Positions 36,857 through 47,722 of a DNA stretch of 64,000 nt are shown in pieces (position 1 is the first letter of the stretch; every line of letters begins with the position of its first letter). Location: positions 60,084-124,083 of the forward strand of contig JAQVUX010000001.1 in the NCBI GenBank assembly GCA_028699255.1. The letters are read 5' to 3'. This DNA is from Candidatus Omnitrophota bacterium (GTDB lineage: Bacteria; Omnitrophota; Gorgyraeia; 2-01-FULL-45-10). Under the pieces are notes generated by a model. It saw only the letters and a list, made by a program, of their open reading frames with translations. It was not told where the DNA came from and made no database searches. The translations under genes were made by a program, and so were the position numbers.

Positions 36857-37769
36857 CGGTTTTCCCGTAAAAAGACCCCTGGCATGTACCTCTTTTTGTA
36901 AGCACTTGCTTGATCCTGTTGATAGTTCCGGTCTTGTTCATGGCCCACGCAGGAGCAACGTGGGTTTTACTGTCTCCTTCCCCTGTCAATCGCTGTATTA
37001 TGATATCCGGATCGAGGCGCTCGATAAAGTCGCAGGCAAGCTCAACATATTCCTCCCGCGTCATTAAAGATATCTCCCCTTGAGCGTATAGTTTTTCCAT
37101 GGGACTGTTTTTCAGCACGTGCAAAAGGTGCATCTTTATTCCATCTATTTTTAAAGCACTCAAACTTTTCGCCGTTTTCATCATATCTTCCCTGCTTTCA
37201 CCGGGAAGCCCCAGTATCACATGAACACAGACCGGGATATGAAATTTCTGCGTAAGTTTTAAAGCCGACAGGAAATCCTCAAAAGTATGCCCTCTATTTA
37301 TGGCGTTGAGCGTACGATTGTGTATAGATTGTAATCCCAACTCGATCCACATCTCGTATCGATCGGCGTATGAGGAGATGAGTTTCAATTTTGCATCATC
37401 CAGCGTATCCGGGCGGGTTCCTATGGATATGCCGACGACATCGTCGATGCCGAGAGTCTGATCGTAGCGCTCCTTAAGCGCCTCCGGCGAGTCGTAGGTA
37501 TTAGTGAATGCCTGGAAATACGCGATAAATCTCGACGCATTTTTAGCCTGCCGCAGATATTTAATCCGTGAAATTAACTGCTCCCTGATAGAATTTTTCG
37601 GATCTGTGTAAGAGGATCTTGCGCCAACGTCACTGCAATACAAACAGCCGCTGGTACTTATAGTGCCGTCGCGATTTGGACATGAGAAGCCCCCGTCGAG
37701 GCCTATCCTGTATACCTTGCATCCGTATTTTTCGCGTAAGACGGAATTGTAGTCGTTGTAGAGTTTCAT
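36846..37769 (-). CDS. radical SAM protein, TIGR01212 family (YhcC/Elp3-like)
   Basis: A CxxxxxxxxxxCxxC cluster ([18 protein letters not shown]) lies close to the N-terminus, which is characteristic of TIGR01212. The product is 307 aa. Confidence 0.8.
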   Translation of the reverse strand: MKLYNDYNSVLREKYGCKVYRIGLDGGFSCPNRDGTISTSGCLYCSDVGARSSYTDPKNSIREQLISRIKYLRQAKNASRFIAYFQAFTNTYDSPEALKERYDQTLGIDDVVGISIGTRPDTLDDAKLKLISSYADRYEMWIELGLQSIHNRTLNAINRGHTFEDFLSALKLTQKFHIPVCVHVILGLPGESREDMMKTAKSLSALKIDGIKMHLLHVLKNSPMEKLYAQGEISLMTREEYVELACDFIERLDPDIIIQRLTGEGDSKTHVAPAWAMNKTGTINRIKQVLTKRGTCQGSFYGKTAIS

Positions 37770-39547
37770 TTTTTCCGTAGATAGACCATGAGTATGGATA
37801 TCGCCGCTGGCGTTACTCCGGAAATCCTGGAGGCTTGAGCCAGGTTTATCGGCCGTATTTTTTCAAGCTTCTCTTTTATTTCGGCCGACAGCCCGTTTAT
37901 CTTTTTATAATCTATGCCCGCCGGGATTTTTATCCTTTCGATCTTTTTGAGACGCGATATTTCCGCCCCTTGCCGTCGGATATAACCGGCGTATTTTACC
38001 TCTATTTCTACCGATTTTATTTCGTCCGCAGAAATGCGTTCTCCGGCTGTTTCCGGCACGATTTCATTGTATGATGTTCCCGGCCGCCTCAAAATCTTTT
38101 CGAGGTTATTTTCTTTTAGTCGTTTCACCTCGTCATTTATATGCCTGTTTTTTTCGGACACTCGTTTATACGATTCGTCGTCGATCAAGCCTATTGCATG
38201 GCCTATCGGCGTAAGGCGCGTATCGGCATTGTCTTCACGCAGTAATAATCGGTACTCTACGCGTGAAGTGAACATGCGATACGGCTCATTCGTCCCTTTG
38301 GTAACCAGGTCATCTATCAATACGCCTATATATGCCTGAGAGCGGCTTAAGACAAGAGCGTCGGAGCCTTTTATCTTCAGGGCGGCGTTTATACCCGCCA
38401 TGAGTCCCAGGGCCGCGGCTTCTTCGTAACCTGTCGTGCCATTTATCTGTCCTGCCAGATACAGGCCGGGGACGGTTTTAGCCTCCAGCGTCGGGTATAG
38501 CTGGGTCGGATAAATGAAATCATACTCTATGCCGTAGCCGGGCTTTGTTATCCTGGCTTTTTCCAGGCCTTCGATGGAAAAAAGGATCTTCTCCTGTACA
38601 TCGACAGGCAGGCTTGTCGATATGCCGTTGGGGTAATATTCCGTTGTGCCGAGCCCTTCGGGTTCCAGGAATATGTGGTGCCGGGTGCGTTCCGGAAAAC
38701 GGAAGACCTTGTCCTCTATCGACGGGCAGTAGCGTACGCCGGTTCCTTTGATAACACCTGTGAATAGCGGTGAACGATCGAGGTTAGACCTTATAATATC
38801 GTGAGTCTTTTCATTTGTGTATGTTATGTAGCACGGGAGTTGCTCTCGCGCTATGTGTTTTGTTCTGGATGAAAAAGGCAGGATGTTAAGATCGCCGTTT
38901 TGCGATGAAAGCTTTTTAAAGTCTATCGTCCTGCCGTCTAAGCGGGCACAGGTTCCGGTCTTAAGCCTGCCCATTTCAAGCCCTAAATCCCGCAGGGAAT
39001 CAGAGAGATTGCAAGCGCTCTTCTCCCCCATTCGCCCTCCCGGATGGTGCTCGAGCCCTATGTGTATGAGGCCATTGAGGAACGTTCCGGTGGTTATTAT
39101 AAGCGCTTTTGTAAGATATGTCTCGTTAATGGATGTGCGAACGCCCGATATGGTGCCGCGCTCCGTAATTACCTGAACCGCCTCCCCTTCTTTTATATCA
39201 AGGTTGTTCTGCCCCTCCACTATAGCTTTCATGCATGCCTGGTATGCGTGGCGGTCGATTTGCGCCCTCGAAGATTGTACGGCAGGCCCTTTACTGGTAT
39301 TGAGCAGGCGGAATTGCAACATGGAAGCATCTGTCGCCATTCCCATGTATCCACCCAAGGCGTCGACCTCTCGAACCAACTGCCCTTTTGCCAGGCCGCC
39401 TATGGCGGGATTGCAGGATATGGCGCCGATAGTATCCGTGTTCATGGTTATTAGCAATGTCTTGCACCCTAATCTCGCGGATGCCAAGGACGCTTCGCAT
39501 CCCGCGTGTCCGGCGCCAATCACTATAACGTCGTAAACAATTTTCAT
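37766..39547 (-). CDS. mnmG: tRNA uridine 5-carboxymethylaminomethyl modification enzyme MnmG (GidA)
   Basis: The FAD-binding N-terminus is [14 protein letters not shown]; GidA-family motifs are present throughout, with a C-terminal helical domain. The ORF track start is 39601, but the ATG giving MKIVYDVIV at 39547 is preferred. Confidence 0.9.
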   Translation of the reverse strand: MKIVYDVIVIGAGHAGCEASLASARLGCKTLLITMNTDTIGAISCNPAIGGLAKGQLVREVDALGGYMGMATDASMLQFRLLNTSKGPAVQSSRAQIDRHAYQACMKAIVEGQNNLDIKEGEAVQVITERGTISGVRTSINETYLTKALIITTGTFLNGLIHIGLEHHPGGRMGEKSACNLSDSLRDLGLEMGRLKTGTCARLDGRTIDFKKLSSQNGDLNILPFSSRTKHIAREQLPCYITYTNEKTHDIIRSNLDRSPLFTGVIKGTGVRYCPSIEDKVFRFPERTRHHIFLEPEGLGTTEYYPNGISTSLPVDVQEKILFSIEGLEKARITKPGYGIEYDFIYPTQLYPTLEAKTVPGLYLAGQINGTTGYEEAAALGLMAGINAALKIKGSDALVLSRSQAYIGVLIDDLVTKGTNEPYRMFTSRVEYRLLLREDNADTRLTPIGHAIGLIDDESYKRVSEKNRHINDEVKRLKENNLEKILRRPGTSYNEIVPETAGERISADEIKSVEIEVKYAGYIRRQGAEISRLKKIERIKIPAGIDYKKINGLSAEIKEKLEKIRPINLAQASRISGVTPAAISILMVYLRKK

Positions 39548-39779
39548 TGCCGTGCCCTTGCTTTTTAAATAATCGTCAGGTATACTTGTATTGGATGACA
39601 ACAGCCTAGAGTGACCCGTTCTCGGGCCTTAGGTACTCGATACCTGCAAAGTGCTGTTGCCATCCCTTTTTTTGTGTAAAAAACCGGCAACAACACTTTT
39701 TATAGAAGTTATTTCTTATAGATACAACTTTCTGCGGGGTGTCGGCAACGAAGCCTTTTACTGCAGTAATCATACCCTT

Positions 39780-40991
39780 CTAAAGATTTATTATAGAATC
39801 GAAAGTACCAAAAGCGTTTTGAACACGTTCCGCATTCCGGGAATCGAGCACCCATTGGCCGTCGACTAAGAATTTATACTTGTGTTTACCCGGGACGAGC
39901 CCCATGCGCTTTTCCCATTTGCCATCCTGGACACTGGATAAGCGATGTTCTTCCGTTACTTTCCAGTCGTTAAAGTCTCCCACTATGTATATATCTTTGG
40001 CGCCGGGTGCGTCGATGGCGAAGATCACTTCTTTTGCCAGGGATTCTACCGCATCCATAAGAGACGGCGAATCCGCCGCCATCCTGCTTGACCGCCCATC
40101 TTCTTTGAACCGGTTGGTCCCCTGCGAAATGACCATTATCGCTTTTTCGGACTCTATGGCTTGTTTGGTTTCTTCGATCTTCTCTATCTCCAGAGCATTG
40201 GATGCCTCCGTTATTTCGCGTTCCTCATTATCACCTTTTAGTATTTCCTTTGAAAGGCTGATATGATCGGCCGCGCCGTTCGACTCCTTGTCGAACTGTA
40301 TTACGGAAACGCCTTTAGATGCGGCTTTCTTTAACGCGACATTAAGTCGTATCACCGTTTCCAGGAGTTGCTCTTTAAATAACGTGCGTATCTCATCGAG
40401 CATCGTTTGCGAATATTTTGTACGTTTGTCGAAAATAGTAGCCACCGCATTGACGCGCGGCGCATGGCCTATCTTAACTTTTATAAGTTCCAGCATACCG
40501 AGAAGTTTCGCGACCCCCATAAGAGAAAAAGCGCTCATGTCTATCGGCACCAAAACCAGATCGGCGGCTCTTAAGGCGTTGAATGTGAGAAATCCTAAGG
40601 ATGGCGGGCAATCGACTACGACATAATCGTAATCGAGCCGGCTTGAACGCAAGCTTTCGTGCAGTTTTGAAACAGCGTCTTCCTTGTCTTTTAATTCCTG
40701 TTCGATGGTGCTGAGGAGGATACTGGATGGTATAATATCGAGATTTACGGATACATTAAAAATGCAGTCCCGCAGGTTTCTGCGCCTATCGGCATTATCG
40801 GTAAGTATGCTGTAGATCGATTTGTCCGCAGTTTGATTGGCAACCCCGAGGCCATAAGTTGCGTGAGCTTGCGGATCGAGATCGATAAGAAGGATTTTTT
40901 TACCGGAAAGAGCAAGCGCGGCAGAGAGATTTATCGCTGTGGTAGTTTTTCCGCATCCGCCCTTTTGATTCGCTATCGATATCGTCTTCAT
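39780..40991 (-). CDS. ParA/MinD-family P-loop ATPase fused to a C-terminal AMPK-beta-type glycogen-binding domain (CBM48)
   Basis: The deviant Walker A (NQKGGCGKTTTAINLS) and ParA/Soj-like core span about 260 aa, followed by an acidic or coiled linker of about 60 aa. The C-terminal 85 aa (DIYIVGDFNDWKV...GKHKYKFLVDGQWVLDSRNAERVQNAFGTFDSII) closely matches the AMPK beta GBD (EVYLSGSFNNW...GEHQYKFFVDGQWTHDPSEPIVTSQLGTVNNII). The ORF track start is 41045; the ATG giving MKTISIANQKGG at 40991 is preferred. Confidence 0.8.
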   Translation of the reverse strand: MKTISIANQKGGCGKTTTAINLSAALALSGKKILLIDLDPQAHATYGLGVANQTADKSIYSILTDNADRRRNLRDCIFNVSVNLDIIPSSILLSTIEQELKDKEDAVSKLHESLRSSRLDYDYVVVDCPPSLGFLTFNALRAADLVLVPIDMSAFSLMGVAKLLGMLELIKVKIGHAPRVNAVATIFDKRTKYSQTMLDEIRTLFKEQLLETVIRLNVALKKAASKGVSVIQFDKESNGAADHISLSKEILKGDNEEREITEASNALEIEKIEETKQAIESEKAIMVISQGTNRFKEDGRSSRMAADSPSLMDAVESLAKEVIFAIDAPGAKDIYIVGDFNDWKVTEEHRLSSVQDGKWEKRMGLVPGKHKYKFLVDGQWVLDSRNAERVQNAFGTFDSIINL

Positions 40992-41056
40992 AGCCAATCT
41001 CCTTATATTTATCAAAAAGCCGTCATTTGTAATACTATATAACAAAATGTAAAAGA

Positions 41057-41872
41057 TTACAAATATTTTTTAGCAAACTTGACGCCATTTTTAAATATTA
41101 CGAGACCGTCGCCTTCTTCACCTTTTTTTCGTTTTACATTTAACCTGGTCCAATGCGGATCCTGAAAAATAGATATATGCCTTTCCGGATGCGGCATGAG
41201 GCCGAATATTCTGCCCGTCCTGTCGCAAATGCCCGCTATGTTATCGACCGAACCGTTTGGATTATCCGGATAGCCGCATTTTTTGCCATGAGCGTCGACA
41301 TATTCCAGCGCTATCAACCCCTCTTTTTTTAGAATGCCTAATATTTTTTTATTTGCCGGTATAAATTTTCCCTCGCCGTGGGCTACGGGTAAGTGAATTA
41401 CTTTTTCGATGCCGCCGGTCCATACGCACTTGTTCCTTTTCCCGCTCCCCGCCCCGTTTTTCAAATAAACCCATCGATCTTCGAATTTATTCGAATCATT
41501 CAGTGTTAATGTGGTTTCGATGGTGCAGAAGTCGCCGGAGAGGTTCGGTAAAAGCCCCGCTTTTACCAAAACCTGGAACCCGTTACAGATGCCGATTATT
41601 AATTTTCCATCTTCGATGAATTTCTGCAGGCTATCTTCGATCTTGAACTTTAATTCATTGGCGAGTATTTTGCCGCTAGCGATATCGTCCCCATAAGTAA
41701 ATCCACCCGGTATGGCCAGAATGTGATAATCGTTTATATCCTTACGCCGCGCGGTTAATTCGTTTATATGCACAAGCTCTGTTTCGGCCCCTGCCGTTTC
41801 GAACGCAAAGGCCGTCTCTTTATCGCAGTTTGTACCGGCTGTACGCAGGACTATTACCTTAGGTTTTCTCAT
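41057..41872 (-). CDS. purQ: phosphoribosylformylglycinamidine synthase subunit PurQ (glutamine amidotransferase, long form)
   Basis: The class I GATase Cys motif is GICNGFQVL, with a His/Glu region LMPHPERH. The product is 271 aa, and the gene overlaps the purL stop. Confidence 0.85.
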   Translation of the reverse strand: MRKPKVIVLRTAGTNCDKETAFAFETAGAETELVHINELTARRKDINDYHILAIPGGFTYGDDIASGKILANELKFKIEDSLQKFIEDGKLIIGICNGFQVLVKAGLLPNLSGDFCTIETTLTLNDSNKFEDRWVYLKNGAGSGKRNKCVWTGGIEKVIHLPVAHGEGKFIPANKKILGILKKEGLIALEYVDAHGKKCGYPDNPNGSVDNIAGICDRTGRIFGLMPHPERHISIFQDPHWTRLNVKRKKGEEGDGLVIFKNGVKFAKKYL

Positions 41873-44730
41873 AGTTTGGCGAACGGCTTTTGCCAGGCCG
41901 CCTTAAGTTTATGTATATCCGTGCGCACTATAAGCCTGCCTTTTGTGTCGGATATTCTGAACGATGCATTTTCGGTTACTTTGCCAAGTTTCGTTATCGG
42001 CAGGCCCTTCATCTTTTTCAGGAACGCTTTTTCGTCCGCAAGCTCGACTAAGAAGCGCGTATTCGATTCGGAAAATAATAACGTGTCGTTGCGGAGCGCG
42101 CCGGAGACCTGCGCATCGACGCCAAGCCCGCCCGCAAAAGCCATCTCCGCGAGCGCTACACCGAGGCCGCCGTCGGAACAGTCGTGGCAGGAGCGTACAC
42201 ACCCACTGTCGATGGCGCGCGCCAATGTCTGCATGAGCCGTTTCCCGTAGAATGCGTCGACGACCGGGACACCGTTGCCGAGGTAACCTTTCATCTTGTA
42301 ATACTGCGAACCTCCCAGCTCGTCAGCGGTCTTGCCCACAAGATATATCGCGTTGCCCGGTTTTTTCAGGTCCATCGAAACGGCCTTTGTTACGTCGTCC
42401 ATTACGGCGATGCATGAGATAAGGAGCGTTGGCGGTATCGATATTGTTTCTGTGCCGGTAGAGTATTCGTTATTCAGGCTATCCTTGCCGGATATGAACG
42501 GAACGCCGTATGTTTTTGCGATGTCGTAACAGGCCTGTGATGCCCTGACGAGCGAACCGAGCCGGTCCGGCTTATTAGTATTGCCCCAACAGAAGTTATC
42601 GAGGATGGCCGCTTTTGTAATATCGCCGCCCACTGCGACTACCTGTCGTAGCGCCTCATCTATTACGCTTGCCGCCATCCAGTAAGGATCGATCTTGCCG
42701 TAATCAGGATTTATTCCGCATGAAAGTATTATGCCTTTGTTTGATCCGAACACAGGCCGTGTTATAGAAGCGTCGCCCGGCCCTTCGTTTATGCCCTGAA
42801 GAGGCTTCAAAACACTGCCGCCCTGAACCTCGTGGTCATATTGCCTTATTATCCATTCTTTGCTCGCGATATTAAGGTTTGATAGTAACTCTAAAAGGTC
42901 TGCGGTCAGGTCTTTTTGTATCGGCAGACGCGGTTCCGGAAAGGATTCTTTTTTCCATACAGCTTTTCGCTTTATTTCCGGAAGGCCGTTGTGTATAAAA
43001 TCCATGGACATGTCGCAAACGCATTCATCATTAAAGAATAATTTTAATAGGCCGCTTCCTGTGAACTTTCCTATGACCGTTGCCTCGACGTTCTCTTTCG
43101 CGAAGACATCGATTAGCTTGTCGATCTTTTCCGGGTTTACCGAGAGGACCATTCGCTCCTGCGCTTCCGATATCCATATCTCGTCGTAATTCAAACCCTT
43201 GTATTTTAAAGGCACCTTCTCCAGATAAACTTCGGCCCCCAACTCCTCGGCCATTTCGCCGACCGCGCTCGAAAGCCCGCCCGCCCCGCAATCGGTTATG
43301 GCGCTGTAGAGGCCCATGTCTCGCGCGCGTAGCAGGGTATCGGTAACCTTCTTCTCCTGGATCGGATTGCCTATCTGCACCGCGGAGCCGGAAACGCCTT
43401 TGGATTCATGAGTAAGCTCGCCCGAAGAGAATGTGGCGCCGTGTATGCCATCGCGGCCGGTTCGTCCGCCTACAACTACGACCAGGTCGCCCTTATGCAC
43501 TTTTTTAAATGACATCTCTTTAGGCATGATACCGACATTACCGCAAAATACTAAAGGATTACCCGTGAACCTTTCGTCGAATACGACAGCACCGTTCGAG
43601 GTCGGGATGCCCATCCTGTTACCATAATCGCGGACGCCGGCGACCACGCCTTTCATTATACGTTTCGGATGGAGAACGTTTTTCGGCAGTTTTTTGTACG
43701 GGTAGTCCGGAAGCCCGAAGCAAAATACGTCGGTATTTACTATAGGCTTGGCGCCGAGTCCCGTCCCCAGCGGATCGCGTATGACACCGCCCGCGCCTGT
43801 ACCCGCGCCTCCGTACGGCTCGAGAGCGGAAGGATGGTTGTGAGTCTCGACTTTGAAGCAGACGTTGTTTTTTTCGTCAAAACGTATTATGCCGGAATTA
43901 TCGTGAAAAACCGATACGCACCATGATTTATTAAGCTCTTTAGTCACCTTCATTATCGTCGATTTGAGAAGATTATCTATATTGGTAGTTTTGTATTTTG
44001 AATTTTGGATCTCTTCGCGATATTCGATCTTCCCGCGGAAAGTTTTGTGCTTGCAATGCTCGCTCCATGTCTGGGCGATAGTTTCCAACTCGCAATCCGT
44101 CGGGTTGCGGCCCATCTTTTTAAAATATTTCTGTATCGTTCTCATCTCCTCGATATTTAAAAATAGCTGGCCATCTTTCGAGATGTTTTTGAGTTTCATT
44201 CCGGAAGCGCCGAGGATATCCACGTGTCTTAACTCGAACCGGCATGACTCGGTTTCCGGCGTATGGCCTTCGGCGCAATCCGTAACATGCTGTATCACTT
44301 TATTGTATAGGATATTTTCGGCTATCGAGCCTATGTCTTTTTTGGTGAGATTTCCGCGGATCAGATATTTCTTGGCTGTTTTGACGGAACGGATGCCTCG
44401 GACCCCGAGATCCGAGATCGCTTTTCTGACAGATTCTTCTACCGGATCCATAACACCGGAATTATACGCGACTTCCACGGTTTTGTATTTCTTATCGTCG
44501 CCGATGTTGCCGTTATATGCGTATTCCTGGGTTATCGGATCGATGAGGAGGTCTTCGCATATCTTTTTAGTATCACGCTCTTCGAGGGTTCCTTCGAGGA
44601 TATAAACCTGTATTGCTTTTACTTCGGATATCTTCTTACCAAGCCCGAGGTCGATTACATCCTTCTTGACGCCTTCGCCCACGGCATCGTAGAAATTTCT
44701 TTTTTCCCTTACTTCTATTCTCCAGAGCAC
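41869..44730 (-). CDS. purL: phosphoribosylformylglycinamidine synthase PurL with an N-terminal PurS-like domain (PurS-PurL fusion)
   Basis: An N-terminal PurS-like module of about 80 aa (LWRIEVREK...ICEDLLIDPITQEYAY) is followed by the AIR-synthase-related tandem domains of PurL. The product is 953 aa. Confidence 0.88.
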   Translation of the reverse strand: MLWRIEVREKRNFYDAVGEGVKKDVIDLGLGKKISEVKAIQVYILEGTLEERDTKKICEDLLIDPITQEYAYNGNIGDDKKYKTVEVAYNSGVMDPVEESVRKAISDLGVRGIRSVKTAKKYLIRGNLTKKDIGSIAENILYNKVIQHVTDCAEGHTPETESCRFELRHVDILGASGMKLKNISKDGQLFLNIEEMRTIQKYFKKMGRNPTDCELETIAQTWSEHCKHKTFRGKIEYREEIQNSKYKTTNIDNLLKSTIMKVTKELNKSWCVSVFHDNSGIIRFDEKNNVCFKVETHNHPSALEPYGGAGTGAGGVIRDPLGTGLGAKPIVNTDVFCFGLPDYPYKKLPKNVLHPKRIMKGVVAGVRDYGNRMGIPTSNGAVVFDERFTGNPLVFCGNVGIMPKEMSFKKVHKGDLVVVVGGRTGRDGIHGATFSSGELTHESKGVSGSAVQIGNPIQEKKVTDTLLRARDMGLYSAITDCGAGGLSSAVGEMAEELGAEVYLEKVPLKYKGLNYDEIWISEAQERMVLSVNPEKIDKLIDVFAKENVEATVIGKFTGSGLLKLFFNDECVCDMSMDFIHNGLPEIKRKAVWKKESFPEPRLPIQKDLTADLLELLSNLNIASKEWIIRQYDHEVQGGSVLKPLQGINEGPGDASITRPVFGSNKGIILSCGINPDYGKIDPYWMAASVIDEALRQVVAVGGDITKAAILDNFCWGNTNKPDRLGSLVRASQACYDIAKTYGVPFISGKDSLNNEYSTGTETISIPPTLLISCIAVMDDVTKAVSMDLKKPGNAIYLVGKTADELGGSQYYKMKGYLGNGVPVVDAFYGKRLMQTLARAIDSGCVRSCHDCSDGGLGVALAEMAFAGGLGVDAQVSGALRNDTLLFSESNTRFLVELADEKAFLKKMKGLPITKLGKVTENASFRISDTKGRLIVRTDIHKLKAAWQKPFAKL

Positions 44731-44769
44731 GATACTAATCTTTCGTTTGTATAATTTTAAATCGTATTT

Positions 44770-46311
44770 TTATTCCCATTCAATGGTCGATGGCGGCTTC
44801 GAGCTTATGTCATACGCCACCCTGTTAACGCCCTTGACCTCGTTGATTATTCTGTTCGATATTTTACCCAGTACCTCATACGGTATCTTCGCCCAATCGG
44901 CCGTCATCCCATCGACGCTTGTAACCGCGCGTATCGCTACTACGCTCTCATAAGTACGTTCATCGCCCATCACGCCGACCGATTTTATCGGCAGAAGCAC
45001 CGCAAAAGCCTGCCATATCTTATCGTACAAGCCCTCTTTCCGCAATACCTGAATAAAGCGGTCGTCGACTTCCCGCAGAATGTCGCACCGTTCTTTGGTT
45101 ATGTCCCCGATTATTCGCACCGCGAGCCCCGGCCCCGGGAATGGATGGCGGCCAAGAACTTCGGCGGGTATCCGCAATTCTTTCCCCACTCGTCTTACCT
45201 CGTCTTTAAAGAGATATTTCAGCGGCTCTATCAATTTCAAATTCATCTTTTTCGGCAACCCGCCTACGTTGTGATGCGTTTTGATCGTAGCGCTGGGGCC
45301 GCCGAACGCGGATCGCGATTCGATAAGATCCGGGTAAAGGGTGCCCTGGGCGAGGAATTTTACATTGCCGATCCTTTTAGCCTCGCGATCGAAAACTTTA
45401 ATAAATGTCCGGCCTATTATCTTGCGCTTCTTCTCCGGATCGACGACACCTTTGAGAGCGGTGAGAAATTCCACGGAGGCGTCCACGACCTTCAGATTGA
45501 TCTTGAAATGTTTCTGGAATACTTCCCTAACGAGCTTCGCTTCATTTTTGCGGAGAAGGCCGTTATCGACGAATATGCACGCCAACCGGTGGCCGATAGC
45601 CTTATTTATAAGGACGGCGGCCACGGAAGAATCGACTCCTCCGGATAGCCCCAGGATAACCTTATCCTTGCCCGCGGTTTGACTTATCTCACGTATAGTC
45701 TCTTTAACAAATGACTTCATCGACCAGTCGCATCGGGCGCCGCATACGTCCTTTACGAAATTTTGCAATATAGCCTTACCGTTTTCAGTATGCGCCACTT
45801 CCGGATGGAACTGGACGCCGAATAGACGCCTGTCAAAATTCGCGAACGCCGCAATAGACGTATTGTGCGACATGCCTATGCGCTTGAATCCGCGCGGCAT
45901 CCTCTTTACCTTGTCGCCATGGCTCATCCAGGTGACGCTTTTTCGCGGGATGCCGCTAAATAAAAGGCGATGATCGGTTACGTTGAACGCGGCGCGGCCG
46001 TATTCTCTCGAATGGGCCCGCTCTACATGTCCGCCGAGCGTCTTCGACATAAGTTGCATGCCGTAGCATATTCCGAGGACGGGTATGCCTAATTGGAATA
46101 TACGGCTGTCGCATGTCGGCGCGTTTTTGGCGTACACGCTCGCCGGGCCACCGGAGAGTATTATTCCTCTGGTCTCTGCGGGGTTTATCGCGGTTGCCGT
46201 AATCGTCGGCGGAACTATCTCGCAGAATACGTTCAACTCGCGTATTTTACGCGCTATAAGCTGATTGTACTGCGACCCGAAATCGATTATAAGTATCTTC
46301 TCCTGAGCCAT
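44770..46311 (-). CDS. guaA: GMP synthase (glutamine-hydrolysing)
   Basis: The GATase domain carries GICYGMQ, followed by an ATP-PPase domain with SGGVDSSV and a C-terminal dimerisation domain. The product is 513 aa. Confidence 0.93.
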   Translation of the reverse strand: MAQEKILIIDFGSQYNQLIARKIRELNVFCEIVPPTITATAINPAETRGIILSGGPASVYAKNAPTCDSRIFQLGIPVLGICYGMQLMSKTLGGHVERAHSREYGRAAFNVTDHRLLFSGIPRKSVTWMSHGDKVKRMPRGFKRIGMSHNTSIAAFANFDRRLFGVQFHPEVAHTENGKAILQNFVKDVCGARCDWSMKSFVKETIREISQTAGKDKVILGLSGGVDSSVAAVLINKAIGHRLACIFVDNGLLRKNEAKLVREVFQKHFKINLKVVDASVEFLTALKGVVDPEKKRKIIGRTFIKVFDREAKRIGNVKFLAQGTLYPDLIESRSAFGGPSATIKTHHNVGGLPKKMNLKLIEPLKYLFKDEVRRVGKELRIPAEVLGRHPFPGPGLAVRIIGDITKERCDILREVDDRFIQVLRKEGLYDKIWQAFAVLLPIKSVGVMGDERTYESVVAIRAVTSVDGMTADWAKIPYEVLGKISNRIINEVKGVNRVAYDISSKPPSTIEWE

Positions 46312-46312
46312 C

Positions 46313-47722
46313 TTATTTTATCTCCATTCCGGCGCACCGCGTTTTTTCTAATGCTTTCTTTGACGGCGGTTTACATATTGCCGTAGGATAATTTCCGGTG
46401 AAGCATGCCGTGCAGAACTCTTCCTTTGGCAACATCATGGAGCTGAGCATTCCTTCCAAGCTTAAGTATTCCAGGGAATCCACGCCTATGAACTGGCGTA
46501 TTTCTTCTATAGTGTGGTTGGATGCGATAAGTTCTTTTTTTGTGGGGAAATCGATACCGTAAAAACAAGGCGATATGAGCGGCGGACAGCTGACGCGCAT
46601 ATGTATCTCTTTTACTCCGGCCTGTCGAAGCGCCCTCACCCTTCCGCGCGACGTTGTCCCTCGCACGATCGAATCTTCCACTATAACTACCCTCTTATCT
46701 TTTAAAACATCACGTATCGGGTTCAATTTGATTTTTACTTTAAAATCTCTTATCAGCTGGCTCGGTTGTATGAACGTCCTGCCTATGTAATGGTTACGCA
46801 CATACCCCATCTCGAGCGGGATATGCGACTCCTCTGCATATCCTAATGCGGCATATGTTCCGGAGTCGGGTATCGGCATTACCATATCAGCGTCTACAGG
46901 GTGCTCTTTGGCGAGAGCTCTGCCAAGATTCTTGCGGGTAAGGTATACGCTTTTCGTGAATATGTTCGAATCCGGACGGGAGAAGTATATGTATTCGAAA
47001 ATGCAGAAAGCATGCTTCTTCTGTTCCGGGGATTTTAACGAAGTAAGGCCGTTTTTATCGATTATTACTATCTCGCCGGGTTCGACATCTCGTATGTACT
47101 GCGCTTGTACCATATCGAGAGCGCACGTCTCACTCGCCACTACATACGCTCCGTCGTCGAGCTTGCCTATGCAGAGCGGCCTGAAGCCATGAGGATCGCG
47201 CATCGCGTATATGGAGTCGTTTATCATGATGACAAATGAATACGAGCCTTCCATATGCTGAGCGATCGGTAGTATTTTTGATCTATAGTTATTTTTATGA
47301 TCTCGGACGAGGAAATGGACGATGAGCTCGGAATCCATAGTTGTCTGCAGTATGGAGCCGCTGTCCTCGAGCTCATTTCTTAAGGCTACGGAATTGGTGA
47401 GGTTGCCGTTATGGGCTACGGCGATAAAACCTTTTTTGTGATTTATGAGTAACGGCTGGACGTTTTTTACGGTGCTCGACCCTGTGGTCGAATAGCGAAC
47501 GTGGCCTATAGCCATCGAACCTTTAAGTTTCTTAAGATCCGCTTCCTTAAAAAGATCACCTACAAGCCCCATGCCTTTGTGCAGATGGGTCTTTTTACCA
47601 TCGAAACTTACTATGCCGGCCGACTCTTCCCCCCGATGCTGAAGCGCATATAAAGCAAGGTAAGCCAGCTGGCTTGCGTTCTTGTGCCCGTATATTCCAA
47701 CTACACCGCAATATTCTTTCAT
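46313..47722 (-). CDS. purF: amidophosphoribosyltransferase
   Basis: The Ntn-hydrolase N-terminus is [12 protein letters not shown], a PRTase domain follows, and an Fe-S Cys-ligand region lies near the C-terminus. The product is 469 aa. Confidence 0.92.
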   Translation of the reverse strand: MKEYCGVVGIYGHKNASQLAYLALYALQHRGEESAGIVSFDGKKTHLHKGMGLVGDLFKEADLKKLKGSMAIGHVRYSTTGSSTVKNVQPLLINHKKGFIAVAHNGNLTNSVALRNELEDSGSILQTTMDSELIVHFLVRDHKNNYRSKILPIAQHMEGSYSFVIMINDSIYAMRDPHGFRPLCIGKLDDGAYVVASETCALDMVQAQYIRDVEPGEIVIIDKNGLTSLKSPEQKKHAFCIFEYIYFSRPDSNIFTKSVYLTRKNLGRALAKEHPVDADMVMPIPDSGTYAALGYAEESHIPLEMGYVRNHYIGRTFIQPSQLIRDFKVKIKLNPIRDVLKDKRVVIVEDSIVRGTTSRGRVRALRQAGVKEIHMRVSCPPLISPCFYGIDFPTKKELIASNHTIEEIRQFIGVDSLEYLSLEGMLSSMMLPKEEFCTACFTGNYPTAICKPPSKKALEKTRCAGMEIK

